64,000 nt of DNA. It comes from Aplysia californica (lineage: Eukaryota). Positions 1 through 13,261 of the stretch are shown in pieces. The notes below the pieces were generated by a model. That model was not told the origin of the DNA. It made no database searches and saw only the letters and a program-made list of their open reading frames with translations. Location: positions 80,961 through 144,960 of the forward strand of contig NW_004797288.1 of NCBI RefSeq assembly GCF_000002075.1, written 5' to 3'. The translations under genes and the position numbers were made by a program. Each line of letters begins with the position of its first letter. Within the stretch, counting starts at the first letter, position 1.

Positions 1-2030
1 CAGAGGTGAACAACTTGTGTTTCGCGCGCTCATATGACCTTAGCAGTTGCGAGCGCCGTAAAACCTTATACTACTATATGAAACCAACTCTTCCAAAAAC
101 GTTTTTCTTCAGATGGACTACATCAACGGAGGAGGATTTGCTGGTGCAATGGTTTGGAATTTCGACTTTGATGACTTTACCGGCACCTTCTGCGGGGAAG
201 GAAAATATCCACTCATTGAAAAAATGAGTAGCATGACAAAGCCCTTTTCTCTTAATTGGGTATAACCAACCGCATGTCCACGAGTTTCATTTTGAAAATA
301 AAACTTTGCAGAAAACCTTGAAAAGTTTTGTGTTTGTTCAAAGAAAATGCATGATCTTACTTTCTATTCATTGTCTTGGTCTTTTCCGACTGTCCTTCAA
401 GTAAATTTTAATAGTTCAGCATGTATATCAGTACATCTGGTGTTCTTGCATGACAGAACTGTTAGTGTCGTAAAACGCAGAATGTCTACAAAATCAAATC
501 TTTCCCCTTAAGGACCGACCGATAGCGTCGACATGCTTGCCTCTTCACTAAACTAGTAAAAAGCAGCCCGTTTGTAATTTCACTTCACTATGTAACTGAA
601 TAACATGAACAATCTTTCAGGAAGAATGGAATTGGATGGAAAGAAAGAGTTGATAATAAAACGGATACGACTGCAGACTGTGCCTGTGCACGCACAGTAT
701 GGCCATTGACGGCACACTAGACCCCATATACACATCCAATGACTGTAAGAGAAGTAAATTAGATGGATATTGAGATTCATTCAAACCCCGTTATTCCACC
801 AACTAGGAACGAGCATGAAGTTGATATATTATAGCCAAGGGGCTCTTCTGTTAAATGGTTCATGACTGCCAACACCAATGAATGTTTCTGCTATGTGATC
901 GGTGTTCGAAATGTTTTGTAATTACACTTATCTAAAGCTAAAAGTATTATGTCTGTGTCTGTATCTGTCCTGTCTTCTGTCTCGTTCTGTTTCTTTGTCT
1001 CTGCCCGTCTCTCTCCGTCTTCTCGAGCTTCTCTCTCTCTCTCTTTCTNNNNNNNNNNNNNNNNNNNNNNNNNNNNNNNNNNNNNNNNNNNNNNNNNNNN
1101 NNNNNNNNNNNNNNNNNNNNNNNNNNNNNNNNNNNNNNNNNNNNNNNNNNNNNNNNNNNNNNNNNNNNNNNNNNNNNNNNNNNNNNNNNNNNNNNNNNNN
1201 NNNGAGATGGGGGGGGGGGGGGGGTGGTGGTGCTCGTCTTGTCTGCATGCGTGTCTCTCTGTATCTGCCTGCGGGTCTTTCACAACTTTCTCTGGTCAGA
1301 AGAAAATCAATGTTGCTTTCTTCATCTGTAGATAGTCCAAGCATTTTTCCTCAAATGAGAATAATTGTTCGCTTTTTTAAAAGTACAATGGGCTATCCCC
1401 AAAAAAGCTGATGCTGTTTCGAGAAAATCGAAGGTAAAAGTTTTTGCCCCTTGTTCAGTTTTTTTTAAATACAAGATTTTTTTTATCNNNNNNNNNNNNN
1501 NNNNNNNNNNNNNNNNNNNNNNNNNNNNNNNNNNNNNNNNNNNNNNNNNNNNNNNNNNNNNNNNNNNNNNNNNNNNNNNNNNNNNNNNNNNNNNNNNNNN
1601 NNNNNNNNNNNNNNNNNNNNNNNNNNNNNNNNNNNNNNNNNNNNNNNTAGAGAGGTTAGTTAGATAGATAGTGATAAGATAGAGATAGAGAGAGGATTAG
1701 AGAGATAGAGAGAGGATTAGAGAGATAGAGAGATGTATAGATGTATGTGTGTATAGATATGAATATTATATAATTATATTCACACCAATGAAACCAAACT
1801 TCTCCTATAGGTAGGGCAATGCCAACTTTTGGTGTATGTCAAGATTTCTGGAAACCCCCGAAATCTTGAGTTAGCCCGCTTGTCCTTAAAAGCGACCAAT
1901 CGGGGTAAGAGTCTAAATCCCCCCCCCCCCCCCACCCTCCCTTTTGTATGTTTGTCACTCTCTTGTGAACTGCTTCCGGGGTGCCTTGATAGTCTATGTG
2001 CTGTTGAGGCTATAGAGGGGTAAGCAAAGC

Positions 2031-3490
2031 AAGGCCCCACACACAGTGCACGCTTCTCCGACGCTTCTTTTTCGATTGCGACGTCTTTCTCCGAAAAAGT
2101 TGCATCGCCAAATTTTTATTAACAATGGATTGAATGCACGGCGCTGCTGTGGGCGCGGAGCATACGCAGCGCTGGGCGGAGCAGAAAAAGTTCAGCGTGT
2201 GCACTTGCTGCTGAAATAAAATTTCGAGCGTCTGCTGCGCGGCTAAACTGTTGAGACGTCATTGTGTAGCGCGTGTAGTCTGTAGTCATAGTGAATTGTT
2301 GCATTTTGACTACAATGGAGTTGGAGGCATTAATACACGCAGTTGAAAAAAGATATCTTTATGACAAAGCAGATCAAAACTACCGCAACAGGGCCATGAT
2401 TCGGCCGAATGGAAGAAAGAAGCCAAAAGTTTGATGCAATGGTAAGAACTTTGTCTGTCTGTCCGTCTGTTTGTCTGAACGCATGTACACTGTACAACAT
2501 GCATACTTGTTTCAAACTATAGGCCTACTTTAGCTTATTAAAAGAGATACGATGATAACCCTTTTTAAACAAGAATGTGGACTGATCAGACGTTATAGTA
2601 TTTGCTGTTTTGCCATGGCAATGCACCCTGTGGTGACGAGAAATATCCCATGAAAGCATTTCTCACTTCCATTCCACTTTTGGTAGCTCTGCTCCTTATA
2701 ACTTCTAGTCTGTCGAACGTTGGTAGGCCTGCTCGTGGCTCAACCACGTCATCCTCAATGTGACGTAGCACTGATCTTCCAGGTTCTTGCATGATAATTA
2801 AATTGTGCAGCACAGTGATGGCCTTGACTGCATCTGTTGCCGACTCTGGCTGTTCATCCATTTGGCAGCATTCAACTGAATTCCTCGCACGTGATATGCG
2901 ATAATTGAAAAGTTCTTTCTCATGAGTTAATTGTCTGTTTGGAAATGGTTTCATCAAATTTCCTCTCAAAGGAAATGCATCATCTGCTACGAATGCAAAT
3001 GGGAGGGTTGTATCACTGTCTGTATCCTGTGGTAAATCCAGCTTGTCAGCCAGCAGTCTTTTTCCAAATTCAAACGCTCTTTTGCTGACAGGGGTTTCCG
3101 GAAATTGGTAGTTCGCTTCTCTATGTAGGGTCCAATTTTGTCCAAACAAGAGCTGAAATGTGGAGGGTCTCATCCGGATATATTTCAGGCATTTTTCTTC
3201 GTCTGAAAGGATTTCTGCCATCAGGTGATGGTATTCACCAATAGTGTCTCTCTTTTTATTTATTCTGTGTACCCAATATATACGGCGGGATCGTCTCCTG
3301 TTATGGAGCCATGAAAGCATCAACAATTGAAGAAACTCTTTAGCCCTCCTCATTGACTGACTCGTGGCCGAATGAACCGACTGAACCAAAAGACGCAGCC
3401 ACACTGTTTGCTAGAAAAGAAGTCGGAACAGACGCGGCGAGTAACTTTAAAATGCATCGCTGCAGCTGCGGCCACTGTGTCTGCGCACTA
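2031..3490 (-). mobile_element. Internally deleted PIF/Harbinger transposon (MADF ORF remnant on +, DDE transposase remnant on -)
   Basis: Minus strand 2586-3404 encodes WVHRIN..GEYHHL..YIRMRPSTF and VADDAFPL..LMKPF..FNYRISRARNSVE (Harbinger/HARBI1-type), with a frameshift and loss of the central region. Plus strand 2315-2441 encodes MELEALIHAVEKRYLYDKADQNYRNR (MADF-like). Imperfect TIRs AGGCCCCACACACAGTG / CACTGTGTCTGCGCACT. Confidence 0.85.
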
Positions 3491-4297
3491 AGCCTGATTC
3501 CCCGTATGGACGTCTCTGTTACCCGCCCCTTGGTGCTCATATGACCGTATGCAGTTGTGGGCGCCGTTAAACCATTCTAAAACAAATAGTCTGAATGTTC
3601 CTAGTTTCGTGCAGTCATGACATATGAGATACATCCAGTAACGACAATAACTGAAGAGATGTCCTTTTGTACTACCACCAAAGAAAGATTTTTGTGTTGT
3701 GTCCGCGCCATTTAAAATCGCGTGACAAAATAAAAGCGGAGAGGATGGTGTGGATAAAGAGAACCTGCACGCACGTTTGTTGTTTAGACCTTTCATTATC
3801 AGGAGCGGAGCGGTGAGGAGCGGGGGCTATGGACGCCTAGCCTAAGTTGAATTTAGTGCTGCTAGATCCAGTGGAAATACATGTTGAATGAGATACTTTC
3901 CCGATTGTTTTGACGGTTGAACATACAAAATGAATTCAGGATTTGTTTTCATAGACAACTCGGTAATGCCGCCGAGTGAAAGTTTTTAGATCCCCAAATG
4001 AGTAGAATCTATTCGTGTGTGTCATCTCTATCTGGTTCATTGTCTCACTTTGATTACTCTGTCAAACAAATCAGCCTTAGCCCCAGGCGATGCACTTGGT
4101 TTAGTATTTGTGGGTGATTGGTGGGCGCTCTGGTGTAGTTTGTTCCAGGCCCGCCTCACATAGAACGTGACCTTTCACGTGTCACATTTTTCCACACGAA
4201 TGCAACACTACACGCCTCACTTTATCGGATCACATAGAATCTAGGTTCTGTCATCCCTTCACGCCCAGCCAGGCTGGGAAAATGGATTCCTTTGATG

Positions 4298-4645
4298 TGG
4301 CGTCGGTGGTCTAGTGGTCAGGGTACAGGACTTGTAATTATGAGGTTGCGGGTTCCGGGGTTCGAGCCGCGGGCCCGACGTTGTGTCCTTGGGAAAGGCA
4401 CTTCACACGAATTTTCCTCACTTCACCCAGGTGGGAATGGGTACCCGGCCATAGACAGCGAAAGATTTTGCCAGTATCTTAGTGTTTTAGCACCTATAAA
4501 AGGCCGCTAGCACTGTACTGTATGCTTACTCAGGAAGTTGAGGTTGTTTCAGAATGCTCTCAGGTCTACTGGGGTAATAGTATAGATTGTTAAGCGCACA
4601 GAGCTTGCTGTTGAGCGGGGATTTGCTCTATACAATTGCTATCTT
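4298..4645 (+). mobile_element. tRNA(Thr-like)-derived SINE, family A (CORE-like body, L2-like tail)
   Basis: A/B boxes TGGTCTAGTGG...GGTTCGAGCC; GTGTCCTTGGGAAAGGCACTT...CACCCAGGTGGGAATGGGTACC; homologous to the copies at 10611, 18715 and 38605. Confidence 0.8.
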
Positions 4646-5089
4646 TCTATTGTTGACAATCGTGTTGTTAAAGATTTGAAAAAGAAAGCGAAGCAAGTGA
4701 GTCCGTATCCAAACCATCAATAGATGAATTCAAATCGTGATAGAGCGCAAGAATGAAACTTTGTTCTTCAACTATTTGCGCATGCCCTATCAAACCTATA
4801 AAGAGTTGAAATCACTCGTTTTGCAACATTTACAACTGGTGGATTTTAACTGGCGGGAGCCAATATCACCTGAGGAAGAATTAGTACTAGCACTCATGTA
4901 TGTAAAATTAATGTGTAATCCAATTCAACATCGCCACCACAGCCTCCAACANNNNNNNNNNNNNNNNNNNNNNNNNNNNNNNNNNNNNNNNNNNNNNNNN
5001 NNNNNNNNNNNNNNNNNNNNNNNNNNNNNNNNNNNNNNNNNNNNNNNNNNNNNNNNNNNNNNNNNNNNNNNNNNNNNNNNNNNNNNNNA

Positions 5090-5214
5090 TCAAAATCATC
5101 AAAATCATCAAAATCGTCGGTCGTCGTCGTCGGTCATCGTCGTCGGTCGTCGTCGTCGGTCGTCGTCGTCGCCATCACCATCACCATCACCATCACCACC
5201 ACCATCACCATCAC

Positions 5215-5245
<31 letters not shown>

Positions 5246-5395
5246 GCCACCATCATCGCCATCACCACCGCCACCACCACCGCCACCACCTCCACCAACA
5301 AGGACAACAACAACAGCAACAACAACAGCAACAACAACAACAACAGCAGCAACAGCAACAACATCAACAACAACAACAGCATCAACCACAGCCGT
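5090..5395. repeat. Compound trinucleotide microsatellite (TCG/CAT/CAC/CAA)
   Basis: Directly visible; produces spurious low-complexity ORFs. Confidence 0.95.
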
Positions 5396-6939
5396 TTCAT
5401 TACACACCTTAATCAAATTTCTTATTTTGGAACCATCGTTTTAATAATGAAGTTGAACATAATTATTATAATGTACCGTAGGCATAGTTGTTCAAAAGTA
5501 CTCAGCTATTTCTTTATTTTATGTTAGATCTATTTTAATTTGATTAATTCTGGAAATAGCCGCAGTTAGTTGGTATCTTTTATGAATCCGCGGAAGAATC
5601 TGGCTGCGCCGGGTATTCATATATTATGTATGTGGTAAATGGCGAATACAATGTTTTTGCCTTTGGACTGCTTGAATAAAATATTTCTGTAAGTTCCTCA
5701 ACTGATCGCCGTCGAAAGAATCAATGGCATCATTGATCTAAAAAAGTTCAGTCTTGGGGAGTCACTCGACGGTACTCAACGAAGGGGGTGGGGGGAGGGG
5801 GGAGGGGGGAGGGGGGCGGGGGTGACAAGACACGGTAAAAAAAAAATGATCATGCACATTCCTCCGCTGGCGTGTACACACGCTTTACAACGTGACAAGT
5901 CAGGCAACTGCTTATGTGAGGAGTGTCATTAAAATTATACTGAAAACGTTTGATCACACGCGTGAACCGTGTCTATTCTTCCGCGTAACGCTCAATGTGA
6001 GGCTGGCCTTTCCTTTCAAACATCTTTCCTCTTTATCTCTCCTCCTTTTTGTGTTTGTTACGCTCTTGTAACACCTAATCTCCAACACTTATAAGACCTT
6101 ATTGTATTGCAAGTGCCGTAGAACTCTTACCGACACTAAAACCAGGGACGGCTGGTCCATAGAGCACGGTCGTGCACTGCCGCCCAAAAGCTTTAGCGCA
6201 CAACACCCTCAAAGTGACAACAAAAGAACCTTTACCATCCATCATCCAATCAGCTTTACGTACAAGTTCCTCGCCAGAGCCTATTCGCTCCTTGCAACAT
6301 CTACAACAGCTCTACAACATCTAATATACCATACCAAGTTCTTTTGCTTCACCCAAGTAAAAAATAGTATGTTCAGTGGTGTAATCTCTCTCGGAAAATG
6401 CTCTATGGTACGACCCAAACAACGATGACGTTTTGATCGAGTTTCTTAGTTCATAAATATTAATAAGATAAGGCGTCACAATATCGATGTGTACCAGCCG
6501 AACAAAGCCCATAGCGGCAGTCTAAAAATAATGCAATCTCAAACCAATTCACGACAGCCTACACATATCAATGCCCGTATTATGATAGCTTTGGAGCAAT
6601 CCACCGGAGTGCTCCCAGCGATGTGCAATTGGTCCATTGTCTTGCCATTTATATCTCTAGCCCCACCTCTGTAACCCTGAACTTGAGCGAGGTCAACATG
6701 ACGTAATTAGGTCATTGTGTTAGAAGTTGGAATGGTGTAATAGTGAAAGTTTGATTACTCGAGTGCGTATTCCAATGCAGGATGAATGAAGTTGATTGCA
6801 AATAAATTCAGTCCACCAAACAAAGTAAAAAGAAGAGAGTGAATGAATTAAGTCCTCACCAAACTAAAAATATCAAAGTAATACAATGAATAAAAAGTGG
6901 AGTGGCTTACACAACAAATTATACTCCTTGTAGACCTAG

Positions 6940-8202
6940 ATTAGGCCTACTGTTTCTCCTGTCTGCTTTTTGGAACTGAGGACCCCAAGTAGTCTAAGAC
7001 AGGTTTTTACTGATCTTGTCCATGTGAAACAACGCATTAAAGTCGAAAGTCATCAAGAGCGCACGTAAAAATGCCGTTAAGTATCATACTTTCGGACAAG
7101 TAGACATAGCAGCGCAGCTAGTCGTAGGTCATCGCATTGCAACGTCTCACAATAAAGAACTGGTGAGAAAGAACAGGCACGTATTGTGTAAGGTTATCTA
7201 GTGTATTTTGTCCTGTGAAACTCACGAACTCGCCCTTCACGGTCATGAAAAGGGTGATTTGTCGGGGAACTGAGGTATTTTTCGCTAATGCTATGCAGGC
7301 TCTTCGACATTTGTTGCCCACTCTACAAAATGCATCTGCGTTTGTCTCCGGAAAATTCCATGGCCGTCTGAAACAAGGTGGAATTTACAGTCTCGACTAA
7401 TTTTAAATAGTTTTCATTTGTAAAGGTGAGATCCAGCTTTGTCTTGAAGATATTTTGTCTGAGCACTGGGACGATAATTCCATTCACGATGGTATCCTGA
7501 ATGTATTAAAGAGCGAAACATGTCTCTTTCTTTTTGCACTTTTTCAACAAAGTATACACGCGCGTTGACGCTGTTTATGGGATCCTCTAACACAGAAGTA
7601 CAACGCCCATAGCAGCCTAACAAGTTCTAGACACGTTTAAAGTAGTTGTCGATGAAATGAGAAACAGTATACTTGTTCCATCAACAAGACAGGCAACAGA
7701 GAAACACGCTTCCAAGAGACGCAAACACAACAACACTAACGAAATTGCTGCAAAGCAGGCCTGTGACATAATTAATAATAGTTACTCAAATTGTGACAGT
7801 TTCTTGAAGCAAAATAAAATCAATGCACTCTCAATCTGCGATTCATCCGAATTTCAGGAGTATCAAAAGTCGTTTCCAACAGTTCTTTTAGGATCGTTTA
7901 CAGAAATATTACTGTTTTGCTTAAAATCAAACTACAAACAGAATTATAAGTATTACATTGCAATGAAATATTTAAATCTCCTCAGTGTCGTACATGTATA
8001 ATCCAGGGCCTTTATTCAACTCTGAAGGACTACAAATTAGAGACAACATTTGGAGAAGTATGCAAAATACCAGAAATCGCACTGACGTACGTTTATGTCG
8101 ATCCACAAGGACATCATTGACAGCATGCCCAACTTCGTCAACATAATAATGGACATTTTTGCTCCAGCCAAAAAACGAAAGGAAAGCTTCTTCTTCAAAT
8201 AG
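6940..8202 (+). mobile_element. Decayed hAT transposase (ZMYM1/Tip100-like; TTF zinc finger, DUF4371, dimerization end)
   Basis: Broken plus-strand frames give YCFSCLLFG, HNKELVRKNRHVL...ELALHGHE, TRWNLQSR and SIHKDII...IMDIFAPAKKRKESFFFK*. Confidence 0.78.
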
Positions 8203-8390
8203 ATTTTCTCAAAACAGGTAGGATGAAGAAAACATCTAATTTACATGCCCATGACTATCTTCAACCTGCTTTAACCTAATTGTGCACTCCCACTTTTTAG
8301 ACCCACGAGCCACCCTGACTAAAACATTCGGCATTTTCGACAGTTTTGGATGTCCTTGGCCAGAAACCTGTGTGGGGTGCAAAAAGGCCA

Positions 8391-8927
8391 CCTCTATTCT
8401 CACCCCTCTATTCTCACCCCGGGTGAGAATAACCCATGTCTCGCTAATCTCACCCCCCCCCCCGGGTGAGAACAGCTCTCACCCTGGTGTTGACATGAGG
8501 TGAGGACTCCTCCCCGACCTCTCGCAGGCCGATAAAATCACCTAGGCCCTTGGTGTCTTACCGCACGTGGTTGGGAACGAATAATAATAATGTAAAAACA
8601 TTTTTCGCCTCACCAGTAAAAAAAAAAAGGCTCACTACCGATGATATTGAGCGGGATGTGGGACCGGCCGTCGGCCGGACCATTCGTTGTTTACACACTT
8701 AACGATGGCAGGCCTCTCATCACTCTCTGCTTGACGTGATCCAAAAGAGCCAACTTTCTGGGATTTGGCTCCTAACTGACAACCCTGACTGTGACTATTC
8801 GGACACGAACAGTGACGAACATGATGCTGTGGAGCATCAGCCCTAACCCCCCAGGGTCATGCCCGCTAACCTTAGCCCTGACCACTCTAGGGTCATTTCC
8901 GGTAAAACGAGGGGGTGAGAATAGAGG
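8391..8927. mobile_element. MITE with perfect 16-bp TIR CCTCTATTCTCACCCC
   Basis: TIRs at 8391-8406 and 8912-8927; subterminal TCTCACCC repeats in both orientations. Confidence 0.65.
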
Positions 8928-9530
8928 GACACGGGTTAGAACATTAAAATAACCATTTCCGTGCAGGTCAGAGTGGGGGTGGGATGGGGGGGTGCATTAC
9001 GTCCCCAATAACACTACATTGTAATTAGATCATTTAGTTTAGGAAGTATAGGAATCGCTTGGACCCTGTCTGTCGGGGCAAACCCGGACCGAGAGGTATA
9101 CACGGCTGCCTCTTTCTTCCCTCCTGGGAAAAAAGCGGTAGGTTAAATTGATAGTTCCACGGAGACAGCTGGTTCTTAAAACATGCGCTCAATAAGCATA
9201 CTGTTGCGATTAGAAAAACAATAACGGACTTGCTTTTGAAAGCGGCAGTGTCGGTTCTGTAAACCTTTAAAAATTTGTAGAAACCACCCAATGGGATTTT
9301 GAATTAGTATTCATTTACTTGGCATTTTCTAGTATACAGCTAGCAGGTATTTACAGAAATAAAAATCTACATTAACTTGTTAAGACAATTTGATAAATCA
9401 ATGTGCAAAAACAAAGAGAGATAGTTGATGAAATAGTTGACAATAAGTTGCGCCACGAATTTTCTACCCACTATAGTGTGTGTTGAAGTATTTTGCAAGC
9501 TCGTTTTTATTACATCGAGCAAAATCTAAC

Positions 9531-9790
9531 ATGGAAGCATTGGTTCAAGCGGTTGAAAATAAAATGCCTTTTTGAAAAGGGTGATGAAAACTACAGCTAT
9601 AGAAATTTAATAAGAATGCTGAGTGGAAAAAAGTTGGCTTCCTAGTATTTCGTCCATGGATGGTACTCGCCACACATTTCGTCTTTAATTTATTCTATGC
9701 ACCCAATATCGACATCGGGCTCGTCGCCGTTCATGCAACCATGATAACAGTAACCATTGAAAAACACCTTCTTCGTCAACTGATCTAGAT
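9531..9790. mobile_element. Further-deleted relic of a Harbinger related to the 2031-3490 element
   Basis: MEALVQAVENK..FEKGDENY..AEWKKV (MADF start) abuts sequence similar to 3225-3350 (transposase 5' end, minus strand). Confidence 0.7.
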
Positions 9791-10000
9791 TTACTGACCT
9801 ATTAATGACCGAAAGACGCTTCCACTCCGTTCGCACCAGGCATCTTGGGAGCGTCGTGTCATCAAATCATAAAAAAGATACGCCGAAAAATCGGGCAAAC
9901 CGCATCCACTCTCTCTGTACAATAAAGCTAAAGTGGTCATAATATTGTAATAATTGTATCACGATGTTTACGGTGCCGGAAGGGTTTCCCCAAAATCTCA

Positions 10001-10480
10001 GGTGGGTGGTTTGCGGGTGCTCGGGTGTGTTTTGCTCCTTTAAAAAAATCAAACATCTATCATCCTTATCTCTCCATTTGTTTGTTACTCTCTTGTAAAA
10101 CCTAACCTTCGGCACTAATATGACCTTCTTGTGTTGCAAGTGCTCTAACACTTTAAAAAACAAAATTGCTATCCTCGTCCTCGATAACCCTTCTACGTTC
10201 TCCATTTCTATCGACAAGCCCCAGCACTAAGATAAGAAAACTGCACAAATATTCTGCTGTAGTCAGAGGTGCCTCAGAGGGGAGACTCAAAAGAACATAC
10301 CGTGGGTGGTTGGCGGATGCTCTGATGTGGTTTGCTCCTTTTGTCCTATCAAACATCTATCGTCCTTATCTCCCCTTCTTCTTTTTTATCTTTCTTAGGC
10401 TACTCTCTTGCAACACCTCTAATCTTCTGGCGCTCATATGACCTTTTGCAGTTGCGAGTGCCGTAAAACCTCTTCTAAAA
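10001..10480 (+). mobile_element. Two family C copies (10001-10160, 10300-10480)
   Basis: Both start GTGGGTGGTT and end in the shared tail. Confidence 0.72.
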
Positions 10481-10610
10481 CGAAAAACTTAAAGAAGATT
10501 CCGGTCCGATAGCGTAGGACGTTCCTTTTTTACTTCAGCAGGACCTTAGAATACAGTTATATAAGCCTTCCATGAGGCGGGTCCATTTTTTTCTCACGAA
10601 AAAGTTATCT

Positions 10611-11006
10611 GGTGTCGGTAGTCTAGTGGCTAGGCTACCGGACTCGTAATCAATCGTGTGGTTGCGATGTTGGGGGGGTTCAAGCCGCAGGCCCGACGCT
10701 GTGTCCTCGGGAAAGGCACTTTACATGAATTTTCCTCAATCCGCCCAGTTGGGAATGGGTACCCAGCTATATACAACGAAAGGTCTTGTCCGTTTGTTAG
10801 TGTTTTATTTAGCGCCTATAAATGCCAGCTTGCACTGTATACTGTATGCTTCCTAGGAAGTTGAGATTGTTTCAGAACGATATCGAGTCTGCTGGGATAA
10901 TAGCATAGATTGTGAAGCGCATAGAGCTTGCCGTTGAGCTGGAATTTGGGCTATGCAAATCTACCTATCTATTTATCTCTTTATCTTATTATTATTATTA
11001 TTATTA
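10611..11006 (+). mobile_element. SINE family A copy, ends in (ATT)n
   Basis: Full-length homology to 4298-4645; anticodon loop CTCGTAA. Confidence 0.8.
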
Positions 11007-11535
11007 NNNNNNNNNNNNNNNNNNNNNNNNNNNNNNNNNNNNNNNNNNNNNNNNNNNNNNNNNNNNNNNNNNNNNNNNNNNNNNNNNNNNNNNNNNNNNN
11101 NNNNNNGGGGGGGAGAAACTTTAAACAATAACTGCTTCACGTGCAAACCTATACTTAATCTTTGAACGCAAGTTTTTTTAAAGTCAAAATCAAGAACTCA
11201 ACAGCGTTGAAGTATATCGTGCCACACAAGTTTCGCAGTCCATGTTCTTTATGCATACCCCAATAACGAGCTTTTGTGGAAGTTACCTTTTTACGTATCG
11301 TGCTGAGGGGAGGGAGGGCGTTCCTCGCTGCTTTCGCACTTTGCCCCCACGAGACACCCATTGCGACGGTGTGATTAGCTACTTAAAACATTGCACGAAT
11401 TATCACCTTTTACTTTTAGACATGCGCACTTGTTAAAGTTATAATTTTCTTCATGAATGGTTTGTCTCGCCTCTGAGTGCAAAAAAATCAGTTTGCTTAC
11501 AATTGGAGTGAATTTGTGTTTTTCAAATGTTGAGT

Positions 11536-11923
11536 CCCCCCCCCCTCCCCCCTTTCCCTCGCGCCTGGGGCGGTGCCACTGACTGAAGTGTCTTTATGCC
11601 ATCCCCAAAGGGGGGACATTTCTCGTTCTTATGCACTGTAGAATTGTAAATTGGCTGATTGAACAATGTCATTCTCATAACTGTGCCTGAACTACAACGG
11701 TGAACTGCTGCTTTTTCTTTCCTAATCCTTACTATCGTGATTTTCCTTTACTTCTTTTGTATATTTGTCACACTCTTGTGACCCGCTATTTCCGGGGTGC
11801 CTTGAAAGTCGAAACAGACTTTGTGCTGTTGAAGCTAGAGAGGTGACGTCTCTGTTGACATCCACCCCTTGGCGTTCTTTCAACCTTATGCAGTTGCGAG
11901 CGCCGTAAAACCTCTACTTAAAA
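11536..11923 (+). mobile_element. Headless retroposon family B (~380 bp) with I/Nimb tail
   Basis: TSD AAATGTTGAGT (11525-11535, 11924-11934); homologous to 19190-19572 and 44843-45253. Confidence 0.78.
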
Positions 11924-13039
11924 AAATGTTGAGTAAACGTAGCATGAGTATTGCTTTACACTGACATCATAATGAGAATTCGGGTGATGAATGTGCAAGA
12001 TCCAATGGTATAAGTTCTGATTTTAATTCCTTTTTTTTTTTTTGGGTGAACATGTGATCGTAACGTTCAATTTTCTCAGTGTGCTGAAAATGTCATAATG
12101 AATGGGGTATATTTACCGAGATACATGTATAGTAATAATGTACCCCCATGAGAATCCAGGTTTGTGGGGACAAAGTTTTGCGCTCTCTGCGCTGAGTGGT
12201 GGGAAACACTGTGGACCCAAGAGCATATCAGCTGGACATGAGAGTGGTGAATCTAGCGGTCGACTCAATAATTCAGTAGAGGTTCGCGAGTACTCTTGAT
12301 TCAGGGAGCCAGAGCTCAGAGTGTTAATGAATTTGATCTTGCTTCTGGGAAAGTAAGATGTTATTATGACCCCTTAACCACCGTCCCTTCCCTCCTAAAA
12401 AACCCACCAAAAAAGCAAATCTGTACTTAATTGTCAGCACTTCTGGGCCATCTCAGAGCGACCTGAAATTCTTTTTGTCATTGTTCTTGTTTTTAATATT
12501 GGTTGTTGTTTTAAGATTTATGTTTTTTTGCGTCCCAGTTTAGATGAACCCTCCAACTGTAACTTACACTTCGGACAGAACTTTTTTTGGGTTCAAACCT
12601 AGATCTATAGTTCATTCTCACCTAGGTTTCACCTCTGTGCGAAGAAGCAAAATAACGGCACTCTTTCCTATACGTTTGTGAGAGCTCCTTGTCCATGTTA
12701 GAATAACATCTCACCTCTTTACCCGAGAGGGGTAGATCTACAAACGTAACAACCTCACGACCCCCCAAAAAACCCACAAACATATATAAACTATTTTTAA
12801 AATCTACAAATAAAAAGTATACTTATACACACAAAACAAAAACAACATCACAAACAAAAATACCCACACTACAAAATAATATAGCAAAACAAACACGCAA
12901 CACAATAACAACCCAATAGCAACGGCAACAAAGAAAGAAACAAACAAACATTAAACAAACAAAAACCAATTGAAGAGATATTTAATTTTAGAATACCCAG
13001 CAAAAGGGTGTAAGTCCACTGTCAGTTGTATGAAATTTG

Positions 13040-13261
13040 AAATTGTATGGGTTTAACGCCCCTATCAACACTACTAGGTTATTTAAGGGGCGGGACCTCC
13101 TAGTTTAACGTCCGTCTCCGATAGGACCGAGCCAAGTGGGAAGTTCCTGTAAAGTGTCTTTCCCAAGGACACAACGTCGGACCGAGCTGAGGTTCGAACC
13201 GCCGAACCCGCAACCTCACGATTACGAGTCCAGTAGCCTAACCACTAGGCTACCGACGCCA
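13040..13261 (-). mobile_element. Chimeric SINE: family A tRNA head joined to a different 3' tail
   Basis: Head matches 10611 through GTGTCCTTGGGAAAGACACTT, then switches to ...CCGCCCCTTAAATAACC..GTGTTGATAGGGGCGTTAAACCCA. Confidence 0.7.

Larger units (their letters stand above)
4147..6009 (+). mobile_element. Non-autonomous Harbinger derivative with a transposase N-terminal remnant
   Basis: 25-bp TIRs AGGCCCGCCTCACATAGAACGTGAC vs the reverse complement of 5985-6009 (4 mismatches). 4737-4905 encodes FFNYLRMPYQTYKEL...NWREPISPEEELVLALMY. Confidence 0.78.

Noticed and set aside
891-1667. ORFs spanning N-runs (also near 10.9, 15.4, 16.2, 20.5, 25.3 and 47.7 kb)
   Set aside because: They are open only because of assembly gaps and microsatellites.
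2586-3404. 272-aa ORF as a functional transposase or domesticated HARBI1
   Set aside because: Contains an internal frameshift and lacks the central catalytic region.
4737-5444. 235-aa ORF with a Ser/Pro/Thr mucin-like tail
   Set aside because: A Harbinger remnant running through a gap into trinucleotide microsatellites.
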